Shown here: positions 18,975-28,224 of the stretch, in pieces
How positions within the stretch are numbered: position 1 is the first letter of the stretch
Layout of the letters: every line of letters starts with the position of its first letter
Source of the DNA: an uncultured bacterium
GTDB lineage: Bacteria > Krumholzibacteriota > Krumholzibacteriia > LZORAL124-64-63
Assembly (NCBI GenBank): GCA_963727525.1
Contig: CAVSGO010000007.1
Coordinates: 96,001-160,000, forward strand
DNA length: 64,000 nucleotides
Direction of reading: 5' to 3'
Notes under the pieces: model-generated
The model's input: the letters and a program-made list of their open reading frames with translations, nothing else
What the model was told of the DNA's origin: nothing
Databases searched by the model: none
Translations under genes and position numbers: made by a program

Positions 18975-19067
18975 AGTTCTGGTCCTTTAATGTGGTCCGG
19001 TGAGACCCGAAGGGAAGGCGGTCGGGGTGAGGAAAACGGCTGAGTGCATGGCGCTCGGCTTTTTTTT
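18975..19067 (+). promoter_or_regulatory. PyrR-binding RNA leader with attenuator terminator
   Basis: CCTTTAA..GGTCCGGTGAGACCCGAAGG matches the PyrR binding loop. Terminator gctgagtgc-atg-gcgctcggc-T8 at 19039..19067 precedes pyrR. Confidence 0.88.
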
Positions 19068-19096
19068 GCCCGGCGGTCGGCCCGCGAGGAGAGCGC

Positions 19097-19648
19097 ATGA
19101 GTTTCGTCGAAAAAGCCGTCATCATGAATCAGGCGGACATGGCGCGGGCCGTCAAGCGCATGGCCCACGAGATCATCGAGGCCCACCGTGGCACCAAGGA
19201 CCTCGTGTTGCTGGGGATACAGAGGCGGGGTGTGCCGCTGGCGAAATTGCTGCGGGAGGCCATCACGCAGTTCGAGAAGACCGACCTGCCCATCGGTGCC
19301 ATCGACATCACGTTCTATCGCGACGACCTGTCCAAGCTCGGGCCGTCGCCGCGCGTGGCGCAGACGGACATGCCCTTCGACATCACCGACAAGATCGTCA
19401 TCCTGGTCGATGACGTGCTCTTCACCGGGCGCACCGTACGCGCTGCCCTCGACGTGATCATGGACTGGGGGCGGCCGCGCGCCATCCGGCTGGCCGTGCT
19501 CGTCGACCGTGGCCACCGCGAGCTGCCCATCCGGCCCGACTTCGTGGGCAAGAACGTGCCGACGTCGGCGCGCGAGGTCATCAAGGTCAAGGTGCAGGAG
19601 TTCGACGGCAAGGAGGAGGTCGTGGTCGGGGAGGTTCAGGAGGCATGA
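19097..19648 (+). CDS. pyrR: Pyrimidine operon attenuation protein / uracil phosphoribosyltransferase PyrR
   Basis: [42 protein letters not shown]. Confidence 0.98.
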   Translation: MSFVEKAVIMNQADMARAVKRMAHEIIEAHRGTKDLVLLGIQRRGVPLAKLLREAITQFEKTDLPIGAIDITFYRDDLSKLGPSPRVAQTDMPFDITDKIVILVDDVLFTGRTVRAALDVIMDWGRPRAIRLAVLVDRGHRELPIRPDFVGKNVPTSAREVIKVKVQEFDGKEEVVVGEVQEA

Positions 19649-20601
19649 TCCTCAAGCGCAAGGATGTCCTCGGGCTCGAAGAGCTGACAGCCGAGGAGAT
19701 CCTCGGCACCCTCGATATCGCAGCCCGCTTCCGCGCCGTCTTCGACCGTCCCGTGCGCAGCGTACCCATCATGCGCGGCCGCACGGTGGTGAACTTCTTC
19801 CACGAGCCCAGCACGCGCACGCGCGTGAGCTTCGAGCTGGCGGAGAAGCGCCTATCGGCCGACATCGTCAACTTCTCCGTGGCGGACAGCAGCTTCAAGA
19901 AGGGCGAGACGCTGCGCGATACGGCCGAGAACCTGCAGGCCATGAAGATCGACATGCTCGTCGTACGGCATGCGAGCAGTGGCGCGGCACACTACCTGGC
20001 GCGCGTGCTCGACTGCCCGGTGATCAACGCGGGTGACGGCTGCCACGAACACCCCACGCAAGGGCTGCTCGATATCATGACCATGGTGCAGCGTCTGGGC
20101 GACCTGCGCGGCAAGAAGGTCACCATCATCGGTGATATCGCGCACAGCCGCGTGGCGCGTTCGAATATCTGGGGCCTGACCAAGCTGGGCGCCCACGTCA
20201 CGTTGTGCGGACCGCCAACCATGGTGCCGGGCTCGATCGCGCGCATGGGCGTGAAGGTGGAGTATGACCTGCAACGCGCCGTGGCCGACGCCGACGTACT
20301 CAACGTGCTGCGCATCCAGCTCGAGCGTCACGCGAGTCAGGCGTTTCCGAGCAACCGCGAGTATCACAACCGCTACGGCATCACCGAGGACGTGGTGCGC
20401 CGCCTCAAGCCCGAGGCCTTCATCATGCATCCGGGCCCGATGAATCGCGACGTGGAGATCGCCAGCGAGGTGGCCGACGGCCCGCGCCAGGTGATTCTCG
20501 ACCAGGTGGCCAACGGCGTGGCCGTGCGCATGGCCCTGGTGTACCTGCTCTCCGGCGGCGATCCCGGCGCGCTCGGCGGCGGCGACACGAACGACAAGTG
20601 A
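19645..20601 (+). CDS. pyrB: Aspartate carbamoyltransferase catalytic subunit
   Basis: [41 protein letters not shown]. Confidence 0.98.
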   Translation: MILKRKDVLGLEELTAEEILGTLDIAARFRAVFDRPVRSVPIMRGRTVVNFFHEPSTRTRVSFELAEKRLSADIVNFSVADSSFKKGETLRDTAENLQAMKIDMLVVRHASSGAAHYLARVLDCPVINAGDGCHEHPTQGLLDIMTMVQRLGDLRGKKVTIIGDIAHSRVARSNIWGLTKLGAHVTLCGPPTMVPGSIARMGVKVEYDLQRAVADADVLNVLRIQLERHASQAFPSNREYHNRYGITEDVVRRLKPEAFIMHPGPMNRDVEIASEVADGPRQVILDQVANGVAVRMALVYLLSGGDPGALGGGDTNDK

Positions 20602-21929
20602 GGACGACGATGGACTGGAGCTGGGAGCGAATTCCCGCCGAATACCTGGTGACCAACGTGAAGCTCGCGCGCAACGGCAAGGTGGCCGGCCGCAAGGGCT
20701 TCCTCCACGTGAAGAAGGGGCGCATCGAGGCGCTCGGCGTGGGCACACCCACGGCCGAAGGCCTGCCCGCGCTCGACGCCGAGGGCATGGTGTGCAGCTC
20801 GGGCTTCGTGGACACGCACGTGCACTTCCGCGAGCCGGGCCAGGAGGAGAAGGAGACCGTCGCCACCGGGAGCCGCGCCGCGGCGGCCGGCGGCTTCACG
20901 TGCGTGGTCACCATGCCCAACACCCAGCCGGCGATCGACAACCCCGGCCTCGTGCGCTACGTCATCGATCGCGGCAACGAGGCCGGCCTGTGCCGGGTGT
21001 TGCCCACCGGCGCCATCAGCGTCGGCCGCAAGGGCGACGCCATGGCCGAGCTGGGCGCCATGGTCGAGGCGGGCGCCGTGGGATTCACCGACGACGGTTC
21101 GCCCGTGGTCAGCGGCAAACTCATGAGCAACGCCCTGAAATACGCCGGTACCCTGGGTGTGCCCATCATCTCGCACGCGGAGGACCTGAGCATCGTCGCC
21201 GGTGGCTGCATGCACGCCGGCTACTGGTCGGCGCGCCTGGGACTGGCGGGCATGCCGCGGGCCGGCGAGGACGCCGCCGTCTACCGCGACATCGAACTGG
21301 CGCGTGCCGCCCATGCTCACCTGCACGTGGCCCACGTATCCACCAAGGGGGCGGTGGAAATCATCCGACGGGCCAAGAGCGAGGGCGTGACCGTGACCGC
21401 CGAGGCTACGCCACACCACTTCGCCCTCGATCACTCGTGCTGCCGGGAATACTCCCCGCTGTTCAAGATGAGCCCGCCCCTGCGCGAGTCCGACGACGTG
21501 GCCGCGGTGGCCGATGCCCTGGCCGATGGCACGATCGACTGCATCGCGACCGACCACGCTCCCCACACGGGCTCCGAGAAGGAGTTGCAGTTCGACCAGG
21601 CCCCCTTCGGCGTCATTGGCCTGGAGACGGCCTTCGGCGTGGGGGTGACCTACCTCGTCGAGACGGGGAAACTGGATCTCGGACGCCTGCTGCAGTGTAT
21701 GAGCGAACGTCCGGCCGAGCTGCTGAAGCTCCCCCTGGGTCGGCTCGAGGAGGGGCTGGAAGCAGATTTCGTGCTGCTGGATCCCACGCAGGCATGGACC
21801 GTCACGTCCGGGACGCTGCGCTCACGCAGCCGCAACTCCTCATTCCTGGGCGAGACACTCAAGGGTGCCGTGGTCGCCACGTTCCTGCGGGGAAGGTTGA
21901 CCTACCACGCAACTCGCCCTAGCCTTTGA
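20598..21929 (+). CDS. pyrC: Dihydroorotase (type I)
   Basis: DTHVHFREPG, MPNT, HAED, HVAHVST, ATDHAPH. The start may be the ATG at 20610. Confidence 0.97.
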   Translation: MRTTMDWSWERIPAEYLVTNVKLARNGKVAGRKGFLHVKKGRIEALGVGTPTAEGLPALDAEGMVCSSGFVDTHVHFREPGQEEKETVATGSRAAAAGGFTCVVTMPNTQPAIDNPGLVRYVIDRGNEAGLCRVLPTGAISVGRKGDAMAELGAMVEAGAVGFTDDGSPVVSGKLMSNALKYAGTLGVPIISHAEDLSIVAGGCMHAGYWSARLGLAGMPRAGEDAAVYRDIELARAAHAHLHVAHVSTKGAVEIIRRAKSEGVTVTAEATPHHFALDHSCCREYSPLFKMSPPLRESDDVAAVADALADGTIDCIATDHAPHTGSEKELQFDQAPFGVIGLETAFGVGVTYLVETGKLDLGRLLQCMSERPAELLKLPLGRLEEGLEADFVLLDPTQAWTVTSGTLRSRSRNSSFLGETLKGAVVATFLRGRLTYHATRPSL

Positions 21930-22003
21930 ATGGACCTGGCCACCCCTGGCCGACCAGAGACCGGGCCGGCAGGCCATGCCGGCGACCGGAAAGGCAGGAC
22001 AGC

Positions 22004-23725
22004 GTGACGACGCCAAGTGGTAAGTCCGGAAGCGGCAGGGTGTGGGCCGGCGCCGCGGTCGTGCTGGCGCTGATGGCTGGTTGCGCGCATTTCAACACTT
22101 TCTACAACGCGCAGAAAGCCTTCAACGACGCCGAGAGGATCCGCGAGGATCGCCTCAAGTCGGGCGAGGACGTCTTGAAGCCGGCCGGCAACCAGAAGAC
22201 CGAGTACGAGACGGCCTTCAAGAAGGCCCAGAAGATCCTCGACGAGTATCCCGGCCACAGTCTCACCGACGACGCCCTCTTCCTGCAGGGCAAGGCCAGC
22301 CAGCGGCTCAACAACTATCGCACCTCGATCACCAAGCTCAACCTGCTCTTCCAGAACTTCCCGCAGACGCCATACCTGGAAGAGGCCCTGTATCTGCAGG
22401 CGGTGAATTACCTGCTGGTGGGCGACGCCGCGCACAGCCAGGACATGCTCACCCGGCTCGAGAAGAGCTACCCCGAAAGCAAGTTCCAGGCCGAGGCGCT
22501 GCGGACCAGCGGCGACAGCGCCTACTCGCTCGAGGACTGGGCCGAGGCGGTGAGCTCGTATCGCGACTACCTCGATAGGTTCCCCGACACCGAGGATGCC
22601 GACGAGATCGGTCAGCGCCTTGGCGAGTCGTACTGGGAGCTGGAGCGGTACGACGAGGCGGCGGACGTGCTGCGCGGCGTCGTCGCCACCACGACGAGTC
22701 GAGAGCATGCCTTCAAGGCGCGCCTGCTACTGGCGAAGTGCCTCGTGAAGCTCGAAAAACCGGACGAGGCCCAGGCGCTGATCGACGAGCTTCGCGACGA
22801 AGCCGAGATCTACCAGCGCCAGGGCGACGTCCTCGTGGTCGAGGCCGCGAACCTGGTCGCGCGCGGCAAGGATGCCGATGCGATCGCCCTGCTCGAGAAC
22901 ATGCCCTCCGAGTGGGGCAATTCTCCGGAAGTGAAGGGGCACGCGGCCGACATGCTCGGCTACCTGTACCTGCACGAGAACGAACTCGAGGAGGCGCGGG
23001 CCAAGTTCCAGGTGGCAGTTCCCACGGGCAAGCAACTCGACGACTACGAGCACTCCAAGCAACTCCTGTCGACGATCCAGAACTACCTCGCGGCCGAGAA
23101 CGCGCTGCCCGATGCCGATCCCCAGCGCGCGGCGCGCCTGCGCCTGCTGGAGGCGAACGGCCAGCTCTTCGGCTTCGACAGACCCCGGCGCGCCCTCGAT
23201 CTGTACACCACCGTCGCGGCCGACAGCGCAGCCGATTCCACGTCCGCGGCCCGCGCCCTCTATGGAGCGATGCTCGTGTACCGCGATCGTCTCGACGATC
23301 CCGACTCCAGCCGCATCTACGCCGACCGGCTCGTCGCGAGCTACCCGGAATCGCCCCAGGCCTACCAGGTGAAGCAGGGCAATGACGCCGATCTCCTCGC
23401 ATTCCTGCAGGCCAAGGTCGAAGCCCGGCGCGAGCAGGACCAGGAGCGATCGGTCGTCGAGACGGTGGAGCAGCCGGGCCAGGGTGTCGCCACCGGTTCC
23501 GGCGCGTCGGCTGGCGGGGGTCTGCGGCGCCGGAAGGTGTTCCTGCAACGCCGGGACAATCTCATCTTCCCGCCCCCTGCCGAAGCGTTGCGCCAGTCGC
23601 CAACGCCTCCGCCGCGCCGCGACGAGGCGCTCGAGACGGCGCCGCCCGCGGCCTCGACGCCATTCGAGACCACGAGCCCGGATTCCGTGCCCGCGGATTC
23701 GACCAGGACGTCAGGAGGCTTCTAA
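22004..23725 (+). CDS. TPR-repeat lipoprotein
   Basis: Lipobox LMAG-C followed by AHFNTFYNA, many TPR helices (YPxS..DDAL), Pro-rich tail. Start uncertain. Confidence 0.85.
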   Translation: MTTPSGKSGSGRVWAGAAVVLALMAGCAHFNTFYNAQKAFNDAERIREDRLKSGEDVLKPAGNQKTEYETAFKKAQKILDEYPGHSLTDDALFLQGKASQRLNNYRTSITKLNLLFQNFPQTPYLEEALYLQAVNYLLVGDAAHSQDMLTRLEKSYPESKFQAEALRTSGDSAYSLEDWAEAVSSYRDYLDRFPDTEDADEIGQRLGESYWELERYDEAADVLRGVVATTTSREHAFKARLLLAKCLVKLEKPDEAQALIDELRDEAEIYQRQGDVLVVEAANLVARGKDADAIALLENMPSEWGNSPEVKGHAADMLGYLYLHENELEEARAKFQVAVPTGKQLDDYEHSKQLLSTIQNYLAAENALPDADPQRAARLRLLEANGQLFGFDRPRRALDLYTTVAADSAADSTSAARALYGAMLVYRDRLDDPDSSRIYADRLVASYPESPQAYQVKQGNDADLLAFLQAKVEARREQDQERSVVETVEQPGQGVATGSGASAGGGLRRRKVFLQRRDNLIFPPPAEALRQSPTPPPRRDEALETAPPAASTPFETTSPDSVPADSTRTSGGF

Positions 23726-23727
23726 TC

Positions 23728-24558
23728 GTGACCCCCACGGTTGCGCAGCGCTGGGACCTCAAAGGACACGTGGCCAGCAATGCCGCGGTCTCGGCTGGAC
23801 TCCTGCGCCTGGATGTGATGTTGCCGCATCCGGTCGCGTTCCTGCCCGGCCAGTTCGCCATGCTCAACCTGACAGGGACGACCGAGCTGGTCTTTCGCCG
23901 ACCCTTCAGCATCCTGGCCATCGACGGTCCCGTGATCTCGTTCCTCTACCGTGTGGCCGGTCGTGGCACGGCGCTGCTCGCCGAACTGCGTTCCGGTGAC
24001 GCCGTGCGCTGCCTGGCGCCCCTCGGGCGGGCATTCCCCGCGCCGATAGCCGGACAGCCGGTCCTGCTCGTGGCCGGCGGTGTCGGCCTGCCGCCGCTGT
24101 GGGCCTGGTGGGTGCGCCACCGGCGCCCACAGGATCTGGCCTTCTTCGGCGGCCGCGACGGGGCCGACGTGCCCTGGGGGTTGCTCGGGGACGCCTGGCG
24201 GGTGAGCGTCGACACTGCGCGCGATCTGCCGGCGGGGCGTTCGGCGTATGCCGGGCTGGTCACGGAGCTGTGCGTCGCCGATCTGGCTCAGGCCGGAGAT
24301 GCGGGGCCCTTCACCGTGCTTGCCTGCGGTCCCACGCCGCTGCTACGCGCCGCCGCGGCGCTGGCGGCCGAGAGGACCTGGCCCTGCTACGTCTCGGTGG
24401 AGGAGCACATGGGTTGCGGCTATGGCGTGTGCAAGGGCTGCGTCGTGCCGGTGCGCGACGGAGCCACAGTGCGCAACGCCACGTCCTGCGACGAGGGGCC
24501 GGTCTTCGACGCCTCGCGGCTCGTCTGGGACCGCTTCCAGCCCGGAGGCCACGCGTGA
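23728..24558 (+). CDS. pyrK: Dihydroorotate dehydrogenase electron transfer subunit
   Basis: PGQFAML, RRPFSI, AGGVGLPP, ACGP, [2Fe-2S] motif MGCGYGVCKGC..SCDEGPVF. Confidence 0.95.
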   Translation: MTPTVAQRWDLKGHVASNAAVSAGLLRLDVMLPHPVAFLPGQFAMLNLTGTTELVFRRPFSILAIDGPVISFLYRVAGRGTALLAELRSGDAVRCLAPLGRAFPAPIAGQPVLLVAGGVGLPPLWAWWVRHRRPQDLAFFGGRDGADVPWGLLGDAWRVSVDTARDLPAGRSAYAGLVTELCVADLAQAGDAGPFTVLACGPTPLLRAAAALAAERTWPCYVSVEEHMGCGYGVCKGCVVPVRDGATVRNATSCDEGPVFDASRLVWDRFQPGGHA

Positions 24559-25487
24559 CCCTGCCGTCCTGGTTCACCCTCGACGTGGGCGCACCGCTGC
24601 GCCTGGGGCCGCGCGCGCTGCCCGGCCGCGTCTGGACGGCATCCGGATGCTTCGGCTACGGGCTGGTCGGCCACGACATGGCCAGCGAGGACATCCCGAG
24701 TCCCTACGCCGGGCTGGGCGCCGTCGTCACCAAGACGGTCACGCCCCTGCCGCGCCCGGGCAACCCGATGCCGCGGCTGGTGGAGTTGCCGACGGGCGCC
24801 ATCAACAGCATCGGACTGGAGAATGTGGGCTTCACGGCCTTCGTCCAGGAGACGTTGCCGGAGCTGGAGCGCCTCGGTGTGCCCACCGTGGTCAGCCTCG
24901 CGGCCACCGTGCCGGCCCAGTTCGGCGAGATGTGCACCATGCTTCACGCGGCGGCCCACGATTTCGTGCACTGGCATGGCGTGGAGCTGAATCTCTCGTG
25001 TCCGAACATCGCCGAGGGCGGGCACGACTTCGGCAGCGACCCTGCCACCGTACGGGCGTGCCTCGAGGCGGCACGGCCGCACCTGCCCGATCGCGCCCTC
25101 ATCGCCAAGCTCACGCCCAACGTGGCGCGCATCGCCCCCCTCGCCGCAGCCGCCGCCGAAGGTGGCGCCGACGCGGTGGCTGCCGTCAACACGGTCGTGG
25201 GGCTGGACGTGGATCTACGCAGCGGTCAGCCGGTACTGCCGCGGCGCTTCGGCGGATATTCCGGACCGGCCATCCTGCCCATCGCCCTGGCCAAGGTCGA
25301 TGAGATCGTCCGCCAGGTGGGCGTGCCGGTGGTAGGCGTGGGCGGTATCCAGCGGGCGACCGACGCCCTCAAGTTCTTCGCTCTGGGAGCCGTCGCCGTG
25401 CAGGTGGGTACGGCCCAGATGCGCGACCCGTTCGCGGCCGCCCAGGTCGTGAGGGATCTTGCCCCGGGGACGCCACCACGAGCGTGA
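24555..25487 (+). CDS. pyrD: Dihydroorotate dehydrogenase family 1B catalytic subunit
   Basis: ASGCFGYG, GNPMPRL, NSIGLEN, ELNLSCPN, KLTPN, GGYSGPAI. GTG start overlaps the pyrK stop. Confidence 0.95.
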   Translation: MTLPSWFTLDVGAPLRLGPRALPGRVWTASGCFGYGLVGHDMASEDIPSPYAGLGAVVTKTVTPLPRPGNPMPRLVELPTGAINSIGLENVGFTAFVQETLPELERLGVPTVVSLAATVPAQFGEMCTMLHAAAHDFVHWHGVELNLSCPNIAEGGHDFGSDPATVRACLEAARPHLPDRALIAKLTPNVARIAPLAAAAAEGGADAVAAVNTVVGLDVDLRSGQPVLPRRFGGYSGPAILPIALAKVDEIVRQVGVPVVGVGGIQRATDALKFFALGAVAVQVGTAQMRDPFAAAQVVRDLAPGTPPRA

Positions 25488-25509
25488 CATCCCCGGAGTC
25501 GCAACCGTC

Positions 25510-27759
25510 CTACGCCGGCGCGATGGCGAAGGCGCGCAGATCGATCTGCAGCGGATCGTCGGCGCGCGGAGCGTCGAGACCACTCAGCCGCTGGTAACCA
25601 TTCGTCGCCAGCGCGTAGACGTGCAGGGCCTCGGCGAATGCCGCGCGTTCGCAGGGTATGTCGCCGGGGGCCACCCCGCTGGCCAGCAGCGTGCCGACCT
25701 CGATGCCCTTGACGAACGTGTCGCCCGCGCGCGCGAAACCGTTCACGCTGGCATCTTCCACGAGACCGGTGGCCGTGGCCTCGCTCACCTCCGTGGCCAC
25801 GCGCACCACGCGGAAGTGGAACGACGCGAAGTCGGCCGGGTGGCTCGCACGGAAGACGATACGCGCCAGGTCGGCCTTGCCGGCGTACTCGAGGAAGCCG
25901 CACGGCCCCGCGGGCACGCCACCGATGGTGACCTCGTCGATCGTCCCGAAGCACACCCGGTTGTCCACGTGGAGCACCAGCCGGTAGCCGACCACGTGTC
26001 CGGTACCCGTATCGATGAGCAGGCGATCGTTCGTCGCGGCCGTCGTGGTGTACGTGCCCTCGACGAGCGGTGCCGGATCGGTGATCTCGTACAGCTCCAC
26101 GCCCGCGGCGGTGAGGTCGACGCGCGTCATCCCACCGCCTGACTGGCGGAACAGTTCGAGCTTCAGCTCGACCTTGCCGGGTGCGAGGTCGGCGGTGGCG
26201 AAGTGCGCGCTGGCGAGGTCGAATCCCTCGTCCAGCACTTCCCAGTCCTCGCCGCCTGGCGGCAGGACGGGATCGATGATCGTGAACGATCCCGGCACGG
26301 TGGTGTCGGGGCCGATCTGCACCGACTTGTACACGGTGGGATCGCCCGGCGGCGTGGTCTCGCGGTAGTGGCGCGACACCGGGAGGTCAATCACGTGCCA
26401 GTCGCTCTCGTCGGTGCTGCCCAGGGGGCGATGCGACCAGCGATAGTGGGTGATGCCGGCCGCCGCGAGCCCGCTGCCGAAGTCGACGCGCGGCTCCAGC
26501 GTCGCGGCGAACGGTGAGGGCTTGGTGGCATGGATCCAGCCCTCGCGGACCTGTCCTTCCTTCGCCTTCTCGGCCGGTACTGGCGAGTCGCCGTAGATCT
26601 CGCCCATGCTCACCTGCCGCCCGATGGTCTTCACGACCACCTTCTTGCCCAGCAGCTCCGGCCGGTCGCCGCAACCGGGCACGCGCGGATCGGTGATGCG
26701 GATGGTGACGTCGGTGCCGCAGGCGTAGTTCCAGTAGGTGTGGCAACGCATGGTCGGCCGGTACACCGTCTCCCAGGTGCCACCGATCGCGTACTCGACC
26801 CAGAAGAACAGGTCGGGATGGTCGCCAGGGCAGGGGTACCAGATCGTGGCGTCGAAGACACCGTGGCTGTCGGTCTCGATCACGGCCAGCTCATCGCACC
26901 GGTAGCGGTACCATGGCCACAGCCAGTCCCAGTGGCACCAGTAGAACCGGATCAGGTCGACGTGCGCGATCAATGCTTCGCGCAGCAACGCCGTCGACGA
27001 CGACGCGAGCGCGCCGTGCAGTGCGAGCGGGATCGCCGGCGTCTGCGCCTCGAGCGCGAACGCACGCAACTCGCGCGGGGGCAGCGGCTGCGGGTTGAGG
27101 GCCACGGCGTCGAGGCGCCCGAACACATTCGCGGCGCGCTGAAGCACGGGCGCCGGGTCGATCGTGCCGGGATCGATCGAAACAGGATGGATCCCATGGA
27201 GCGGTCCTGGATCCGGGATGGGGAGAGGCTTGCGGACAGCCACCAGCAACTCGTCGCGCAGGCGCCGCAGGAGATCGTCCGGGAGCTGGGCGATGATCCA
27301 CGGCAGGCGGTCCACCTCGCACACGTGTACGCGGGCGTGGCACACGGGCTTCTCGTAGGTGACCCCACCGAGGGTTTCCACCTTGATCACGTGGCCGCGC
27401 ACGCGACAGGAACACCAGAACCAGTGCGGCCAGAAGATCTCGGGCACTGGCAGCAGCTCGTACATGTCCTGACCGCGCACGAACGAAAACATGGGTTCGT
27501 AGGCGTTGCGGCGAGCCATGCTCTGAAGCGTGGGCGGCGCCGTGCGATCCGACGGCGCCACGGGCGCGACGTAGAGGCGCGCGCGCTTCAACTGCGCGGG
27601 ACCGAGTTCGAGCGCGGCCTCGCCGTCCTTCAGGGCGCCGCGGGCCAGGAGTTCGCCGGCGGCGTCGAAGGCGAAGATGGCGGCCTCGATGGGTTTGTCG
27701 GGCTGTCCCGCGAAGCCCACCCGGAAACGGATCGGGCGCGTGTCGTCTTTTTTAGCCAT
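25510..27759 (-). CDS. Large hypothetical protein with PIPDPGP and VALNPQPLPP motifs
   Basis: RBS GAGGAGG before MAKKDD. Long ORF with host-like codon usage, a Trp/Cys-rich N-terminal half and no signal peptide. Confidence 0.85.
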   Translation of the reverse strand: MAKKDDTRPIRFRVGFAGQPDKPIEAAIFAFDAAGELLARGALKDGEAALELGPAQLKRARLYVAPVAPSDRTAPPTLQSMARRNAYEPMFSFVRGQDMYELLPVPEIFWPHWFWCSCRVRGHVIKVETLGGVTYEKPVCHARVHVCEVDRLPWIIAQLPDDLLRRLRDELLVAVRKPLPIPDPGPLHGIHPVSIDPGTIDPAPVLQRAANVFGRLDAVALNPQPLPPRELRAFALEAQTPAIPLALHGALASSSTALLREALIAHVDLIRFYWCHWDWLWPWYRYRCDELAVIETDSHGVFDATIWYPCPGDHPDLFFWVEYAIGGTWETVYRPTMRCHTYWNYACGTDVTIRITDPRVPGCGDRPELLGKKVVVKTIGRQVSMGEIYGDSPVPAEKAKEGQVREGWIHATKPSPFAATLEPRVDFGSGLAAAGITHYRWSHRPLGSTDESDWHVIDLPVSRHYRETTPPGDPTVYKSVQIGPDTTVPGSFTIIDPVLPPGGEDWEVLDEGFDLASAHFATADLAPGKVELKLELFRQSGGGMTRVDLTAAGVELYEITDPAPLVEGTYTTTAATNDRLLIDTGTGHVVGYRLVLHVDNRVCFGTIDEVTIGGVPAGPCGFLEYAGKADLARIVFRASHPADFASFHFRVVRVATEVSEATATGLVEDASVNGFARAGDTFVKGIEVGTLLASGVAPGDIPCERAAFAEALHVYALATNGYQRLSGLDAPRADDPLQIDLRAFAIAPA

Positions 27760-28224
27760 GGTGTTGCCTCCTCGATGGCAATGGGGCGAGCGGAGGGTGA
27801 GGAAATCCACTCCGACGCGCGAGTACTAGCACAGGCGGGATCGACCGGGGTGTAAATAAATCCTGATTTAATATTTTTGATGGTAACGACTTACATGTAA
27901 TCACGGAAAGGTAAAAACCGTCCGACACGCGCAAGCGGCGGACCCAGAAACTCGGGATGTCGCGGCGCAGGCGCGCACTCGCGGGCGGAGCCAAGGCGGC
28001 GTACCTGCGCGAGCAGATCGCCGAGGCCGGGCAGCAGATCCTGAGGAGGAGGGGGGCATCTCGCAGGGGCCGGGAAAACCCAGCCGGGGCCTGAATCGAG
28101 TCCCAGCCTATCTTGACTGGTTGCTGTGGTCTGGCCATTCACGACAAGCGGGAATACGAGGTCCACATCCGACTCTCCTATCATGTGTGAATCGTCATGC
28201 ACAAGATGAAATGGGGGAGTCCTC

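Noticed and set aside
27900-27950. c-di-GMP-I riboswitch (ggtaaaaacc...gcaag)
   Set aside because: The GNRA-capped P2 stem and the GACGCAAA junction are missing, so the resemblance is superficial.
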